Shown piece after piece: positions 1 to 12,706 of a stretch of 64,000 bases of DNA (position 1 is its first letter; each line of letters opens with the position of its first letter). Origin of the DNA: Gracilinanus agilis (taxonomy: Eukaryota); assembly GCF_016433145.1 (NCBI RefSeq), contig NC_058131.1, positions 648,134,729-648,198,728 of the forward strand, given 5' to 3'. Both the position numbers and the translations under genes were made by a program. Under the pieces are notes generated by a model, which was not told the origin of the DNA, searched no databases, and was given only the letters and a program-made list of their open reading frames with translations.

Positions 1-187
1 AATTTAGGATCTCCCAGTCTAGGCCTGGTTCTCAATCCACTGTGCTCCCTAGCTGGCCCCTTACTGTTGATTCTAAGTCAAAAGAGTGGCAAGGACTAGG
101 CAACCAGGATTAAGGGACTTGCTCTGAGGCACACAGCTAGGAAGATTTGAATCCAGGTCTATCCACTGAGCCACCTAGCAGTGCCCT
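1..187 (-). mobile_element. Two tandem SINE1-like fragments
   Basis: Reverse-complement of the SINE head and body. Confidence 0.75.
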
Positions 188-419
188 ACATAAGCTCTTG
201 AGAACAGGTACAGTCTTGTCTTTCAATTGGTATCTCTAGCACTTAGCCCAGTGTTTTGTCTGTAGTGGGGGCTGAGTAAATGTTTTTTTCATTTGATTTG
301 TTCAGTCTTCATTTGTAATGATGCATAGCATCCACAAGAGGGTTCTCTGTGATAAGCAACAAAGGGAGTACTACTTTTATATCTGTTGCCTAATGAGTGA
401 TGTTTGCCTCATGATTTAG

Positions 420-1280
420 TTTTGATTTTTTAAATAATGGTTTCGAGCTGAGTGAATTAATGATAACCAAAGCCTGAGACAAAAAGAAGCAAGAAGGGAG
501 TGAGAAAAATTGATGCTAAGAAGGAAGACAGAATATGAGAGCCCTACAGGACTATGAGAAAAGGGAGAAATCTAGTTAAGAGCTATTCCTCTATCCATAT
601 ACTTCTTCCCAGAGGTTGTACTCTTGGAATATATTAAGAGGCCACCTTTTCCATTCTCTCCCTCTCTCCTTCCCTTTATTGCTCCCTCTCCTTTCTCTCT
701 CTTCTATCTCCCTCTGCCTCTCTCCCTTCCTTTCTCCTTTTCTCCCTTCTTCTTCCCTCCTTCCCTCCCTCTTTGTCTTGGTCTTGGTCTTGGTCTCTGT
801 CTCTGTCTCTGTTCACCTAAGAGCATTGGAAGATATGACTCTTTCCCTAGTCCCACTCTGGGCTAACATTGGGTATATGTTGCCATAAACTGGACAAATT
901 GAGAAAAAGGGATACCTTCTCCTAAACTGGATGGACATGAAAGAAGAAATGCTCTATTTGTGCCTCTTCAGTAGGAAGGGCTTATGTGTGCAACCTTCTT
1001 CACCATTTAGAATTCTTTTTTCCTTACCAACTATAGTTAGTCATCCATGACTGGCCTCTCTTTGGATTACTGAGTATTGTCAAAAATGGAGCCCTCACAG
1101 TGACTCCTTGCAAGTCCGGTCTCTGTTCGCATGCTAAGCAGAGCCCTATATAGTCTGATGTGAATGCCATCACAAGGCCTATATCTGACTAGATATTTCT
1201 CTCCACTGGCCTATCATTGTAGCAAAATTCTAACCAGTCATGTCATTCCCATTGGTTAGGTCATACTGTCCCCCGAACTC
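420..1280 (-). mobile_element. Possible LTR remnant with internal CT-rich simple repeats (650-812)
   Basis: Minus strand has CCAAT and TATATA-like boxes; family not recognised. Confidence 0.25.
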
Positions 1281-1329
1281 ATAAAAATACATCTAAGCTA
1301 CCTAATGAGGCTATCAGATTTTCAGGTTT

Positions 1330-2560
1330 TATGAAACTGGGTCCTAGAACGAGCTAAAAGCCTAGATGGCAAATCATGATCCAAAACATATCTCAACAGA
1401 TTAGAACGAGAGCTCAAATCAAGCAGGATGAAATTTTTAAAAAGGGTTCAAAACAATCAAATGTGCAAATACAGGACTGTGGAGACAAGTGTAAACAACA
1501 GTTCATACAAAAAAAAAAAAAAACTTGGTGAGACAACTGGGTGGATCAATGTATAGAGAGCCATGCCTGGAGACAGAAGGTCCTGGAATCAAATCTGGCC
1601 CACACACACTTCCTCAGATCTTGGGAAAGTCACTTAGCCCAGATTATTTAGTCCTTACTGATCTTCTGCCTTAGTATCAATTCTAAGACAGAAGGTAAGG
1701 GTTTAAAAAAAAGAAAAAGAAAAAAGACCTGAAGCTCTTAACGGTCTTATAAACTTATTGTCAATTATGTGTTGTTGATTAAATTAGTACAAGAAACTCT
1801 AAGTGTGGAATCTTCTTCCATCAGTGAAGATTGCTAACTTATTTACAACTTTCAGAGCCACGTGGGTCACTGAAAGTTTCAGTGACTTGCTCTTGGTCCC
1901 ACTGCTGGTATGTCAGAGGCAAGCCTTGTACTGAGGTCTTCTGGACAACAAGGCTAGCCCTCTTCTATCCACCATGAGAAAATGATCATGCTCATGTTAT
2001 CTTAGGCCACAACAGTAGGATCCAGAATAGGATCTATTGTACTTTGTCTTGGTCACAACAGTATATTGCTGAAATGTTCAGTTTGAAGGATCACAATTTA
2101 GGGAGGACATGGACAGGTTGAAATAGATCCAGAAGAAGGTAACCACAATAACAAAGGAAATATAAACCAGGACATTCAAGGATAAGGTGAAGTAGATTTT
2201 AATGTGGAGAAGAAAATAATTAGACAGGACATTATAATTGTCTTCAAGTATTGAATTTAATAAATAATTTTTAAAAAGTATCATGTGGGAAAGGACTAGA
2301 TTTGTTTTGCTTGACCATAAAGAGCAGAAATAGGACTAGGAAGAAGCTTCAGAGTCCAATGTTGGCTAGACTTAAGGAAAACCTTCCTAAAGAAGAACCC
2401 TCCAAAGATATTGAGTCTCTCATTCCTAGAATTCTTCTAGCAGAAACTAGATTATTACTTTTCATAACTTTAATAAAAGGGATGACTTATTCCTCTACAG
2501 GTTGGACTAGACAACTTCCAAAAGATCCCATGAACACCAACATTCTATGGTAGTCCTTAC
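1330..2560 (+). mobile_element. Decayed L3/CR1 3' region interrupted by a SINE (about 1530-1725)
   Basis: Remnant of the CR1 RT C-terminus (nucleotides resembling DLDRLE..RMKFN) continuing after the SINE. Confidence 0.6.
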
Positions 2561-2794
2561 TTATTCCAATTAATTAGAAATCAGAGTTCCTAAGAAATGG
2601 GACACAAAGCAAGGAAATTATGACATTGGAGATAAAAAAAAAAAAAGAACAGAAGATGGGGCTCTGTAGAAGGATAATGCCAAAGGGGAAAGATCCGAGA
2701 AGCTCAGAGACAGAAGTTAAGACTCTTCCTGTCTTTAGAGTGGGAAAGAGGAACTGAAATGGAGGAGTTGACTAATGGTAGAAATGGGGAGGTA

Positions 2795-3741
2795 GATATC
2801 AATAAGCACATGAGAAAGTATTCTAAATCTCTAATAATTAGAGAAATGCAAATCAAAACAACTCTGAGGTATCACCTCACACCCAGCAGATTGGCTAAAA
2901 TGAAAGAAGGGGAGAGTAATGAATGCTGGAGGGGATGTGGCAAAACTGGGACATTAATGCATTGTTGGTGGAGTTGTGAACTGATCCAACCATTATGGCT
3001 GGCAATTTGGAACTATGCTCAAAGGGCTATAAAAGAATGCCTGCCCTTTGGTCCAGCCATACCATTGTTGGGTTTGTACCCCAAAATGATCATAGATAAA
3101 CAGACTTGTACGAAAATATTTATAGCTGTGCTTTTTGTGGTGGCAAAAAACTGGAAAATGAGGGTATGCCCTTCAATTGGGGAATGGCTGAACAAATTGT
3201 GGTATATGCTGGTGATGGAATACTATTGTGCTCAAAGGAATAATAAACAGGAGGAATTCCATGTGAACTGGAAAGACCTCCAGGAATTGATGCAGAGTGA
3301 AAGGAGCAGAGCCAGAAGAACATTGTACACAGAGACTGATAACACTGTGGTAAAATAGAATGTAATGGACTTCTGTACTAGCAGCAATGCAATGACCCAG
3401 GACAATTCTGAGGGATTTATGGAAAAGATGCTACCCACATTCAGAGGAAGGACTGCAGGAGAGGAAACAGAAGAACAACAACTGCTTGAACACATGGGTT
3501 GAGGCGGACATGATTGGGGATGTAGACTCGAAACTACCACACAAATGCAACTATCAACAATTTGGAAATAGGTCTTGATCAATGACACATGTTAAAACTA
3601 GTGGAAATACACACCTGCCATGGGGGGGAAAGAGAGTAGGGGGGGGGGTGAAGGAAAAAGTAAGAGCATGAATTCTGTAACCATGTTAACTTTCCAAAAA
3701 AGGTATTAATAAATGTTTAAAAAAAGAAAAAAGGAAAAAAA
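2795..3741 (+). mobile_element. 5'-truncated L1 (ORF2 C-terminal Cys-rich domain, 3' UTR and A-tail)
   Basis: [33 protein letters not shown]; perfect 15-bp TSD AGAAATGGGGAGGTA at 2780-2794 and 3742-3756. Confidence 0.95.
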
Positions 3742-3793
3742 AGAAATGGGGAGGTAAAAATGACATTTGCTGAGGGCCAGTCCCATTTCTATG

Positions 3794-4040
3794 GGGCAGC
3801 TAAGTGGTGGAGTGAATAGAACACTACTCTGGGAATTAGGAATTAAAATCTGATCTCAGGCACTTACTAGCTGTGTGACCTTGGGCAAGTCATTTAACTC
3901 TGCCTCAGTTTCCTCATCTGTAAAATGACCTGGAAAAGGAAATGGCAAACCACTTCAGTATCTTTGCCTAGAGAATCCCAAATGGGGTCATGAAGAGTCT
4001 GAAGTCTTGACAGTCAAGGACATGACTGAATAACAACAAA
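3794..4040 (+). mobile_element. MAR1-like CORE-SINE
   Basis: CORE CTCAGTTTCCTCATCTGTAAAATG plus RTE-like tail GGAAATGGCAAACCAC...ACTGAATAACAACAA. Confidence 0.85.
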
Positions 4041-4774
4041 AGCCTCACTTTTACAGACTAGTGGAATCAGGGACTAAGCCTCAAACACTGATTGAGAGCT
4101 ATTGGGAAGGGTTGCAAGCCTTTCTTTTAGGTTTTAGGATAATCTCAAGCTGAACTTCCTTTCTCCCTCTGTTCATCTGGGGTCAAGAAAACTATATGCT
4201 GTTCCTCTTACCCAAATCATAACACTTTTCTTCCTTGTCTCCCATAGAGTGCAGTTGGGCTGGACACCTCACTTGGCAAAAGAGAGAGGCACTCTGTATT
4301 TCCAAAAAAGCCTCAGAAGAACTAGTGTAAAGGACTGAGGATTAGAACCTGGGTGTTTTCAAAGGAGCCATGTGGCACTATTTCCCCACCCCTTATCCAG
4401 GGTTATAAGTCCATGCTGCATAAACAGAAACAACACTAGGAATTTTTGTACCCAGGGCAATTTCCACGAACAGTACCCAAGGCAAGTGGCACAAAGTATA
4501 GCCTTGGATGAAGGGACAAGGAATGAGGACCAGGAGGTAAGGAAAAGAAAAAAATCTCACTCCAACCCACTCTCTATTAATTTCCTATTTTTACTAATCA
4601 TTCTTGCTAACTAGCTGCTTAGAGCTCCATTTTTCTATGAAGCTAAAGTTTCTGTGCTCTAAGTCCAATAAATTTGTCACCATGGAACTGAGTCCCAATT
4701 GCCATACCCTAGTTATTACTCTGGACACAAGGAATTCAGAGTTATGTTGAAAATATTGGCCCCAGACCTGCTAT

Positions 4775-5005
4775 TGTTGTTCAGTCATTTCAGACTCCTT
4801 ATGACCCAATTTGGGGTTTTCTTAGAGAAAGAGTAGTTTGCCTTTTCCTTCTCCTTATTTTACAGCTGAGGAACTGAGGAAAACACAGTTAAGTGACTTG
4901 CCAGGGTCATCCAACTAGTAAATGTGTGAGGCCAAATTTGACCTCATAAAGATGAGTCTTCTGACTTCAGGTCCAGCATTCTATCTACTGTACTACTAGC
5001 TGCCC
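4775..5005 (-). mobile_element. MAR1-like CORE-SINE
   Basis: Reverse-complement match to 3794-4040. Confidence 0.75.
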
Positions 5006-5681
5006 CAGACCTGCTGCTCTAGTGTTTCTCATTTCAAAAGTTTTTCTGATTCTGATTCTATCTGCAAAGGACATTGCTACTTTGACTACAGTCCTCATCA
5101 AAATAATCTATTCAGGATAATTGAAGCTACTCTCTTCTGGTCTCCAAAAGCTCATTTGTTTGAGGGGGTGGAGCTTCCTGGATGATTACTTAGTGTCAGA
5201 AGGTCTAACTTGAAGTCTTACCTCTACCAGTCATTAGCTGTGTGGCCTGGGACAGTTTCTGAACGTTTCCAAGGCTTAGTTTTCTTATCTCTAAAAGAGG
5301 AATTATGACATTTGTACTACTCAGTGACTAGATTATTGTGAGACTCAGAAAATCAATTTAGTCAATTATTAATCAAAAGCTATAAACCTTTTTAAGCAGC
5401 TACTATGTGCCAGGCACTGTACTAAGCAGGGGACACAAAAAGAGACAGAAAAAGCCCCTGTCCTCAAGGAGCTTACAGTCTAATGGGGGGAGACAACTTG
5501 CAGAGATGTACCAAAATATTTTGTGACCATAAAACACCACACAAATGTAAGTTGTTGTCATCATTTAATACACATTCTACTTCCTCTTTCTTTGGGAGAA
5601 GAGGCTGTGGCTCAATTTCCTCTCTTTTTTCACAACAACTTACAATCCCTTCTGACAACCCTAACTTCCAGCATTTATACT

Positions 5682-5722
5682 AAATATATATATATGTATG
5701 TATATATGTATATATATATATA
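5682..5722. repeat. (TA)n/(TATG)n microsatellite
   Basis: Seen directly. Confidence 0.9.
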
Positions 5723-5759
5723 TTGATCCCTTTTTTTACATTATTCCTAATTCCTTTTT

Positions 5760-5941
5760 CTTTTAAAAACTATTGCCTTCTGTCTTACAATCAATGCTAA
5801 GTGTTGGTTTTAAGGCAGAAGAGTAGTAGGGACTAGGCAACTGGGACTAAATGACTTGCCACACCTAGGAAGTTTTTGAGGATGCATTTGAATCTAGGAC
5901 CTCCTGTGGCATTTTCTATCCACTGTGCTATCAGGCTGCCC
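5760..5941 (-). mobile_element. SINE1-like element
   Basis: Matches the other copies in the window. Confidence 0.8.
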
Positions 5942-6263
5942 ACTACATACCTTCCATTTGAGTCTGTCAAATGACTTTGATTAAGCTCTAGGATTGGTTT
6001 TCATCGTTGCATAATTAAGAAAAGAGACACAAGGCTGAGAAAAAGAAAAAGTGACTTGCTCCCAAAATTTCCTTAAGCTAAAGGAAAAGGGAGACAACCC
6101 AGTTCAGCCCAGTTCAAAGACTTAAACCTTAAAAATATTCATTCTTATTGTTCATTTTCATATATTCCCCAGACAATGGAATTCCAAATTCTTAATGGCC
6201 AATGGTAGTTCTTCCTTCAATTCCCTTTAGAATTCATGTCTTTTTAAAATATATTTTGGGGGT

Positions 6264-6495
6264 GGGCAGCTGGGTAGCTCAGTAGATTGAGAGCTGGGCC
6301 TAGAGACAGGAGGTGCTAGGTTCAAATCTGGCCTCAGACACTTCCTAGCTGTGTGACCCTGGCTGGGCAAGTCACTTGACCCCCATTGCCTACCATTACC
6401 ACTCTTTTGCCTTGGAGCCAATACACAGTATTGACTCCAAGATGGAAGGTAAGGGTTTTAATAAACAAACAAACAAGCAAATAAATAAATAAATA
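6264..6495 (+). mobile_element. SINE1-like element, full length
   Basis: GGGCAGCTGGGTAGCTCAGT...GGAAGGTAAGGGTTT plus A-rich tail. Confidence 0.9.
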
Positions 6496-6552
6496 ATGTT
6501 TTTTTAGATGTCAAGAATTTAGGTTCTAATAGAGTCTAAGTTAAATTTCCCT

Positions 6553-6962
6553 AGTAGGGTTCTTAACTCAGGGTCCATAAACTTTTTAAAAATTTTTTAT
6601 GTTTATATTTCAACATAATTATTTTTTTTTAATTTATTTTTTATTATTTTATTTTTTTATAAAAACCCTTACCTTCTGTCTTGGAGCCAATACACAGAAG
6701 AGTGACAAGGGTTAGGCAATAGGGGTTAAGTGACTTGCCCAAGATCACACAGCTAAGGAGTGTCTGAGGTCAGATTTGAACCTAGGACCTCCCATCTCTA
6801 GGCCTGGTTCTCAATCCACAGAGTCACCCAGCTGCCCCCTCAACAGAATTCTATTTATTTTATTTCATGCACTTAAGAAGGTCATTGATTCTAGGGAAAA
6901 GTCCATTGGCTTCTTCAGACTGCCAAAGTGGGTTATGACATAAAAAAAAAGGTTAAGAGCCT
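6553..6962 (+). mobile_element. Old hAT-Charlie MITE with a nested minus-strand SINE (about 6650-6840)
   Basis: Ends AGGGTTCTTAACTC / GGTTAAGAGCCT; a second copy at about 53408-53630. Confidence 0.6.
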
Positions 6963-7052
6963 CTTTTCCTTAGGGAATATTTCTTTGGGAGGGAGATCAC
7001 CTTGTGTTATCTTTCTGCTTAAGGCCAGAATCTCTCTTAAAAGATAGTTCAT

Positions 7053-7279
7053 CTACAGGAGTGGAAACACAGAAGAAAAACAACTGCTTGAACACATGGG
7101 TTGATGAGGACATGATTTAGGATGTAGATGCTAAAACTACCATCCCAGTGCAACTATCAATAATATGGAAATAGGTCTTGATCTATGACAAATGTTAAAA
7201 CCAGTGGAGGGGTTGGGGGGGTGGAGAGTAGAGTAAGAACATGAATCATGGAACCATGGAAAAATTTGCTTAAAAAAAA
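7053..7279 (+). mobile_element. L1 3' UTR fragment
   Basis: Similar to 3455-3720; 14-bp TSD AAAAGATAGTTCAT at 7039-7052 and 7280-7293. Confidence 0.9.
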
Positions 7280-7959
7280 AAAAGATAGTTCATGTCTCCT
7301 TTAAGCTCCAGTCTATTGGATAACAATAAATGACTGTATATTAAACATTTTGATCTGGATATTCCACCATCATCCCAAATTCAACATGTACAGAGCTAAA
7401 TTCATCTTCTCTGCCAACTTCTTTTTTTCTCTAGCAATGGCAAACTAGTATTATCCCTACCACATTGATGCAAAACCTCAGAGGCAGTTTTGTCTTATTC
7501 TCTCCTTTATATCTCTATCTAATCAGTCCACAAAGAATTTGAGAATTGGAAAGAATGACTAAGAGATCTAGCCTAATCTCCCACCCAAAGTAGGAATCCC
7601 TCACAGAGGTCATCCAACCTTTGTCTGAATTTTTCCAGGGATGGAGAGCTTACCACCTCTGGCAGCAAGCAGTCCAGGCTAGATTGCACTTACTATCCAT
7701 TTATATTTAGTTTGCAAACAGAAAAATTAAAATTTAAACTCTCATATCTTTCTCCCTCATGATCTTCTGTTAAGATAGGGTCTTCTTCATCTACACCCAT
7801 GTAGTTGATTTCTTGAAAACAAATATAACCTTATATTTATCCTTGTTAAATTGTAGTTTGTTAGATTTGGACCATTTTTTCTTTCCAATCTCTTGAGAAG
7901 ATTTTGGATCTTGATTTTGTTCCATTAGTTAATCTTCTTTGGGTCACCTGCAAATGAAA

Positions 7960-7980
7960 ACACACACACACACACACACA
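7960..7980. repeat. (CA)n microsatellite
   Basis: About 10 units. Confidence 0.95.
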
Positions 7981-8509
7981 AAACTATACCTCTATCTTGA
8001 ACAGAATCACTCAGAAATGTTTCTATGAGAATAGGATTTCATTCCTCCAGATTTTATATAAATCCATTTGTCAGTATTATTTAGGTATGGTTTTTCAGTC
8101 AGTTATGAATCCATCTATTTGGTCTAGCATTCAAGTCACTTTTCTCCATTTTGTACTTAAGGATATCATGAGAGACTTTATCAAATGCCTTGCTAAAATT
8201 AGATTCCCTGTGTCTGTTGCATTCTTCCGATTGCTCTGTTCAGTTTTAGATGCCATATTTTAAGAGAGATCTTAAAAAATTGGTGGAGTTCCAGAGGACG
8301 GCAGTTAGGACAGCTGGAGGACTTGAAACAAGGTTGCATAAAGAATAGTTGAAGGGCCAGGGAATATGTAGTTTAGATAAGAGAAGACTTCTGGGAGGGA
8401 AAGGGAAAAGTGATAGGTATTTCTGAAAGGGTTTGGCAACCCTGTGAGACTTGTTTTTAGTAGCCAACATTGTCGCCTATTGCTCACCAGTTTCCTTTTT
8501 TGTCCATCA

Positions 8510-9060
8510 GTCAGTAAAGAAACATTATTAAGTAACTACTATGTGCCAGACCCAGTACTAAGCACTGGAGCTATAAAGAAAGGCTAAAAAACAAATCTTG
8601 CTCTTTGAAGAGCTCATTGACCAGTAGAGGAGATAATACACAAACAAGTCATCTACAAGATAAATTGATAATGATCAACAGAATTAAGCAGAATAGGGAA
8701 AAGCTTCCTTTAAAAGCTGGAATTCTTTTTTGGGAATTGCTGGGAGTAGAAGGAAGTTAGGAAAACCAGGAGACAGAGATGAAGAAGGAAAATATTCCAG
8801 GCAAGTAGGATAGCCAGTGAAAATGCCCCAAATCCAGAGATGGGGTGTCTTGTGTGAAGAGCATCAAGGATGCTAGTGTCACTAGATGGCATAGGAGAAA
8901 CAATGGAGTGGGTAAATGTGTAAGAAGATTGGAAATATAGGAGGGGGAAAGGGAGAGGAATAGGACTTTGCAAGCCAAATAGAGGATTTTTTTTATTTGA
9001 TCCTGAAGGTAAAAGGAAGACATTGGAGTTTATTAAGAAGAGAGGCAACTTGATCAGACG
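8510..9060 (-). mobile_element. L2 fragment, approximate
   Basis: Inverted L2 terminus AAACATTATTAAGTAACTACTATGTGCCAG. Confidence 0.65.
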
Positions 9061-9323
9061 TGTACTACAGTTACAGTTTGTGTAATAATTTTATCTAGAA
9101 CTTTTCCAAAGATGAATATAAATTTCACTGGTCTATGGTTTCTAGAGTCTACTTTTTTCTTCTTTTAAAAAATCTAAACATAGCAAGAAAATGAATTTTT
9201 CACCATATGGTAAGGTTGCTTCTCTTCCCACCTCCACTATCTGCTTGACTGTGTTATAGGAATCTGAGTAGAAAGAAGTTGCTCAGACTGTCTATCCCCA
9301 GCTTTGTTTTTTTCTCTCTCTCA

Positions 9324-9400
9324 TCCTTCCTTCCTTCCTTCCTTCCTTCCTTCCTTCCTTCCTTCCTTCCTTCCTTCCTTCCTTCCTTCCTTCCTTCCTT
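9324..9400. repeat. (TTCC)n microsatellite
   Basis: About 19 perfect units. Confidence 0.98.
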
Positions 9401-9439
9401 TACTCCTTCACTCCTTCCTTTCTGTCTTAGTAACAACTC

Positions 9440-10065
9440 TAAGATAGAATGGCAAGGGCTACTTTGATCCGGCTATACCATTTCTGGGTTTATACCCCAA
9501 AAAGACAATAAGGAAAAAGACTTGCACAAAAATATTTATAGTCATGCTCTTTGTGGTGGCAAAAAATTGGAAAATAAGGGGAATGGCTGATAAATTGTGG
9601 TGTCTGTTGGTGATGGACTACTATTTTGCTCAAAGGAATAATGAACTGGAGGAATTCCATGTGAACTGGAACAACCTCCAGGAAGTGATGCAGAGTGAAA
9701 GGAGCAGAAACCAAGAGAACATTGTACACAGAGATAGATACACTGTGGCACAATCAAATGTAATGAACTGCTCTACTAGCAGCAATGCAATGATCCAGGA
9801 CAATTCTGAGGGACTTAGGAGAAAGAACTCTACCCATATCCAGAGAAAGAACTGTGGGGGTAGAAACACAGAAGAAAAACAACTTCTTGAACACATGGTT
9901 GGGTGGGGATATGATTGGGGATGTAAACATAGGGTGATCTAAACAATCACCCTAGTGCAAATATTAATAATATGGAAATAGGACTTGATCAATAATACAC
10001 ATAAAACCCAGTGGAATTGCTCATTGGCTATGGGAGGAGGGTGGGAGGAGGGGAGGGAAAGAACA
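9440..10065 (+). mobile_element. L1 ORF2 end and 3' UTR, running into the assembly gap
   Basis: LFVVAKNWK...QRNNELEEFHVNW, homologous to 3050-3650. Confidence 0.9.
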
Positions 10066-10195
10066 NNNNNNNNNNNNNNNNNNNNNNNNNNNNNNNNNNN
10101 NNNNNNNNNNNNNNNNNNNNNNNNNNNNNNNNNNNNNNNNNNNNNNNNNNNNNNNNNNNNNNNNNNNNNNNNNNNNNNNNNNNNNNNNNNNNNNN
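10066..10195. other. Assembly gap (130 N)
   Basis: Run of N. Confidence 1.
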
Positions 10196-10889
10196 TTGCC
10201 CAGGTCACAACTAGGAAATGTCTGAGGTCAAATTTGAACGCAGGTCCTCTTGACTAAGCCTGGTGCTCTATCCACTAAGCCATGCAGTTGCTCCTCCAGA
10301 TTTGTTTTAAATACTATTTAGAGACAAGCCTAGGTTAACTTGAGTGGGCCATAGGGTCATATATTTAGAGCTAGTAGAGACCTCAGAGGTTATCTAATTC
10401 AGACCCTTACTTTTCCAGAGGAGTAGGTTGAGGCCACAGGGAAATTAAATTATTTGACTAAGGTCACACAAGTAGTAAGTAGCAGATCCAAGATTCTCCT
10501 ATGAAAAGGAAATATAAAGGCCAACAGTGAGTGAAGAAAGAATTATTTTGAACTCCAAGACTTAATGGTAAATACTGAATAGAAGGTACCTGTCCAGGAA
10601 TTAGGAGATGGGAGGAACTTCAGAGTCCTCACCCTAATTCCCATAAGAGTAAAAATTAGAGACTTAATAGAGCAGGGCAAATAGAGAAGAGTATTTATCA
10701 GCAACCTGAAGGAGGTCTACCTGTGGTGGGTGGGAGTGTGAGACCTGAACAGAAACATCCAAGAGGATCTGTGGAGGAGGTATCTGGTTTGAACTTGAGA
10801 AATAACTAGAATGTTTGAAACATCTCAAGGGCATTCTTTTCCTGGTTATTTCATTCAGAAAAAGTGAAGGTCTATGGTTAGTAGCAGAG

Positions 10890-11125
10890 TGACTAGGTGG
10901 CTAAATAGAAAGAGCCCTAAGCCTAGAGTCAGGAAGTTCAAATCCAGCTTCAGATACTTACAAGCTGTATGACTCTGGACAAGTCATTTAATCCTGTTGG
11001 TCTCAATTTCCTCTTCTGTAAAATGAGTTGGAGAAGGAAATTGAAAATCACTCCAGTATTTTTACCAAGAAAATTCCAAAAAGGGGTCACAAAGAGTCGG
11101 ACTTGACTGAAACAACTGAACAAAT
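10890..11125 (+). mobile_element. MAR1-like CORE-SINE
   Basis: CORE plus RTE-like tail ending ACTGAAACAACTGAACAA. Confidence 0.85.
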
Positions 11126-12207
11126 TGTTAGTAGAACCACACTGGCAACAAAACAATGGGGAAAAGAGGCAAGCATGGTGGGGAAGTGGAGCGATGAATG
11201 AGAATTGAGGATAGAGAGAGTAGAGTGAGCATGGGCTAGTGGGAGAGAATTAAGGGACACAGCAATGAGTCAGAGTGGGAGTCAGCAACAAAATAATAGT
11301 AATGGCTGATAATGAGAAGTAAACCCTGTCTTTACCTTCACAGGATTTCTATTCAAAGTTATACTACAAAATACATGGACTGGGTAAATCTGTCCCACTG
11401 GAGAAAAGGAGAAGGCTTTGACTCTGACCCTCTCAAACTCAGGAGTCCCTGAATTCTTTCCCCTTGTTGAGGGCCCTATCAAAAGTAGATGTATGAGAAA
11501 AAAGTACTGTCTAGATCCCTAGGAAGGATGTAGACACCTACCCGAAAAGTGAGGGAGTTTCTTAACTGGATATCCCAGTGTGATCCAAGGGTATGCTCCA
11601 TCAGTTAGATATGCCTTGAATTGAATGAAACTTACATTTGCAAGCACATATTCAAATGTGCTTTGGTTTCTTGTAACAGGAATTAATTTTGTGCCATGGG
11701 CAATGTTTGAGAATAAATGAGGATGAATCTTTTCTATGTTCTTTATTGTATAAGTAAAACCTATTTTGGGTTGATGCCTTGTAAGCCTCCGTGCTTATAA
11801 AGGTAGATAGTGACCACCTTCTAGGTTGGTATAAAACATTAATGTTCCCAGGTTTCCTTTGGGCTGAAATAGAGGAGCCACAGAGAAGAAATGTCATCAA
11901 AGAGACCTGGGCCATTTGTGTGAGGAGGGAGCTTTTGATTTAAGGGTTACAAGGACAATATCAGTCTAATTTGTTATTAAAATTCCATATAACCACCATC
12001 TTATACTATATATTGCTCATCAATTTTTGAACCTTAAAAATTTTGATTAGCTTCTTCTTGGTAACTAAAAGGATTTTATTTTCAATCTTAGCCTTTAGAT
12101 CATACAAAGAATGAGGTTTTCCTTTACCAATATATTGGTCTGAGAAAGTATCAGATAAAAACTATAGCACAAGAGATACATAGCAACAAGACACCTCACC
12201 CCCCCCC

Positions 12208-12706
12208 TTTTTAACCCTTACTTTCTGTCTTAGCATCAATTCTTTTTTAAAAAACTCTTCTTAGAATTGTTACTAAGTATCAGTTCCAAGGCAAAAGAGG
12301 GGCAATTGAGATAAAGTGACTTGTTCCCTCTACCAAAAAAAAAAAGTGATTTTCCCAGAGTCACACAGCTAGAAAGGGTCTGAAGCTAGACTTGAAACCA
12401 GAACCTCCTATCTCTAGACTTTTTGCTCTATCCACTGAACCACCAAGTTGCCACTTCTCATCAGTTCTAAGACAGAAGAGAGGCAGGGGCTAGGCAATCA
12501 AAGTTAAATGGCTTGCCTTGGGGCATCTAGGTGGCTCAATGGATTGAAAACCAGGCCTAGAGACCAAAGATCCTGGGTTCATATCTGATGTGTGACCCTG
12601 GGCAAGTCACCTAATTCCCACTGATTAGCCCTTACAGCTCTTCTGCCTTGGAACCAAAATATAGTATTGATTCTAAGGCAGAAAGTAAGGTTTGTTTGTT
12701 TTTTTA
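12208..12706. mobile_element. Cluster of three nested or abutting SINE1-like elements
   Basis: Minus-strand SINE split by a second minus-strand SINE (CATCAATTCT/CATCAGTTCT at 12234 and 12459), then a plus-strand SINE from about 12520. Confidence 0.75.

Noticed and set aside
616-888. Hydrophobic Leu/Ser-rich ORFs resembling membrane peptides (also 9254-9467, 26865-27101)
   Set aside because: Translations of CT-rich and microsatellite sequence.
3794-3900. tRNA-like A and B boxes at SINE heads throughout the window
   Set aside because: These are tRNA-derived SINE promoters. None forms a cloverleaf, so no tRNA genes are called.
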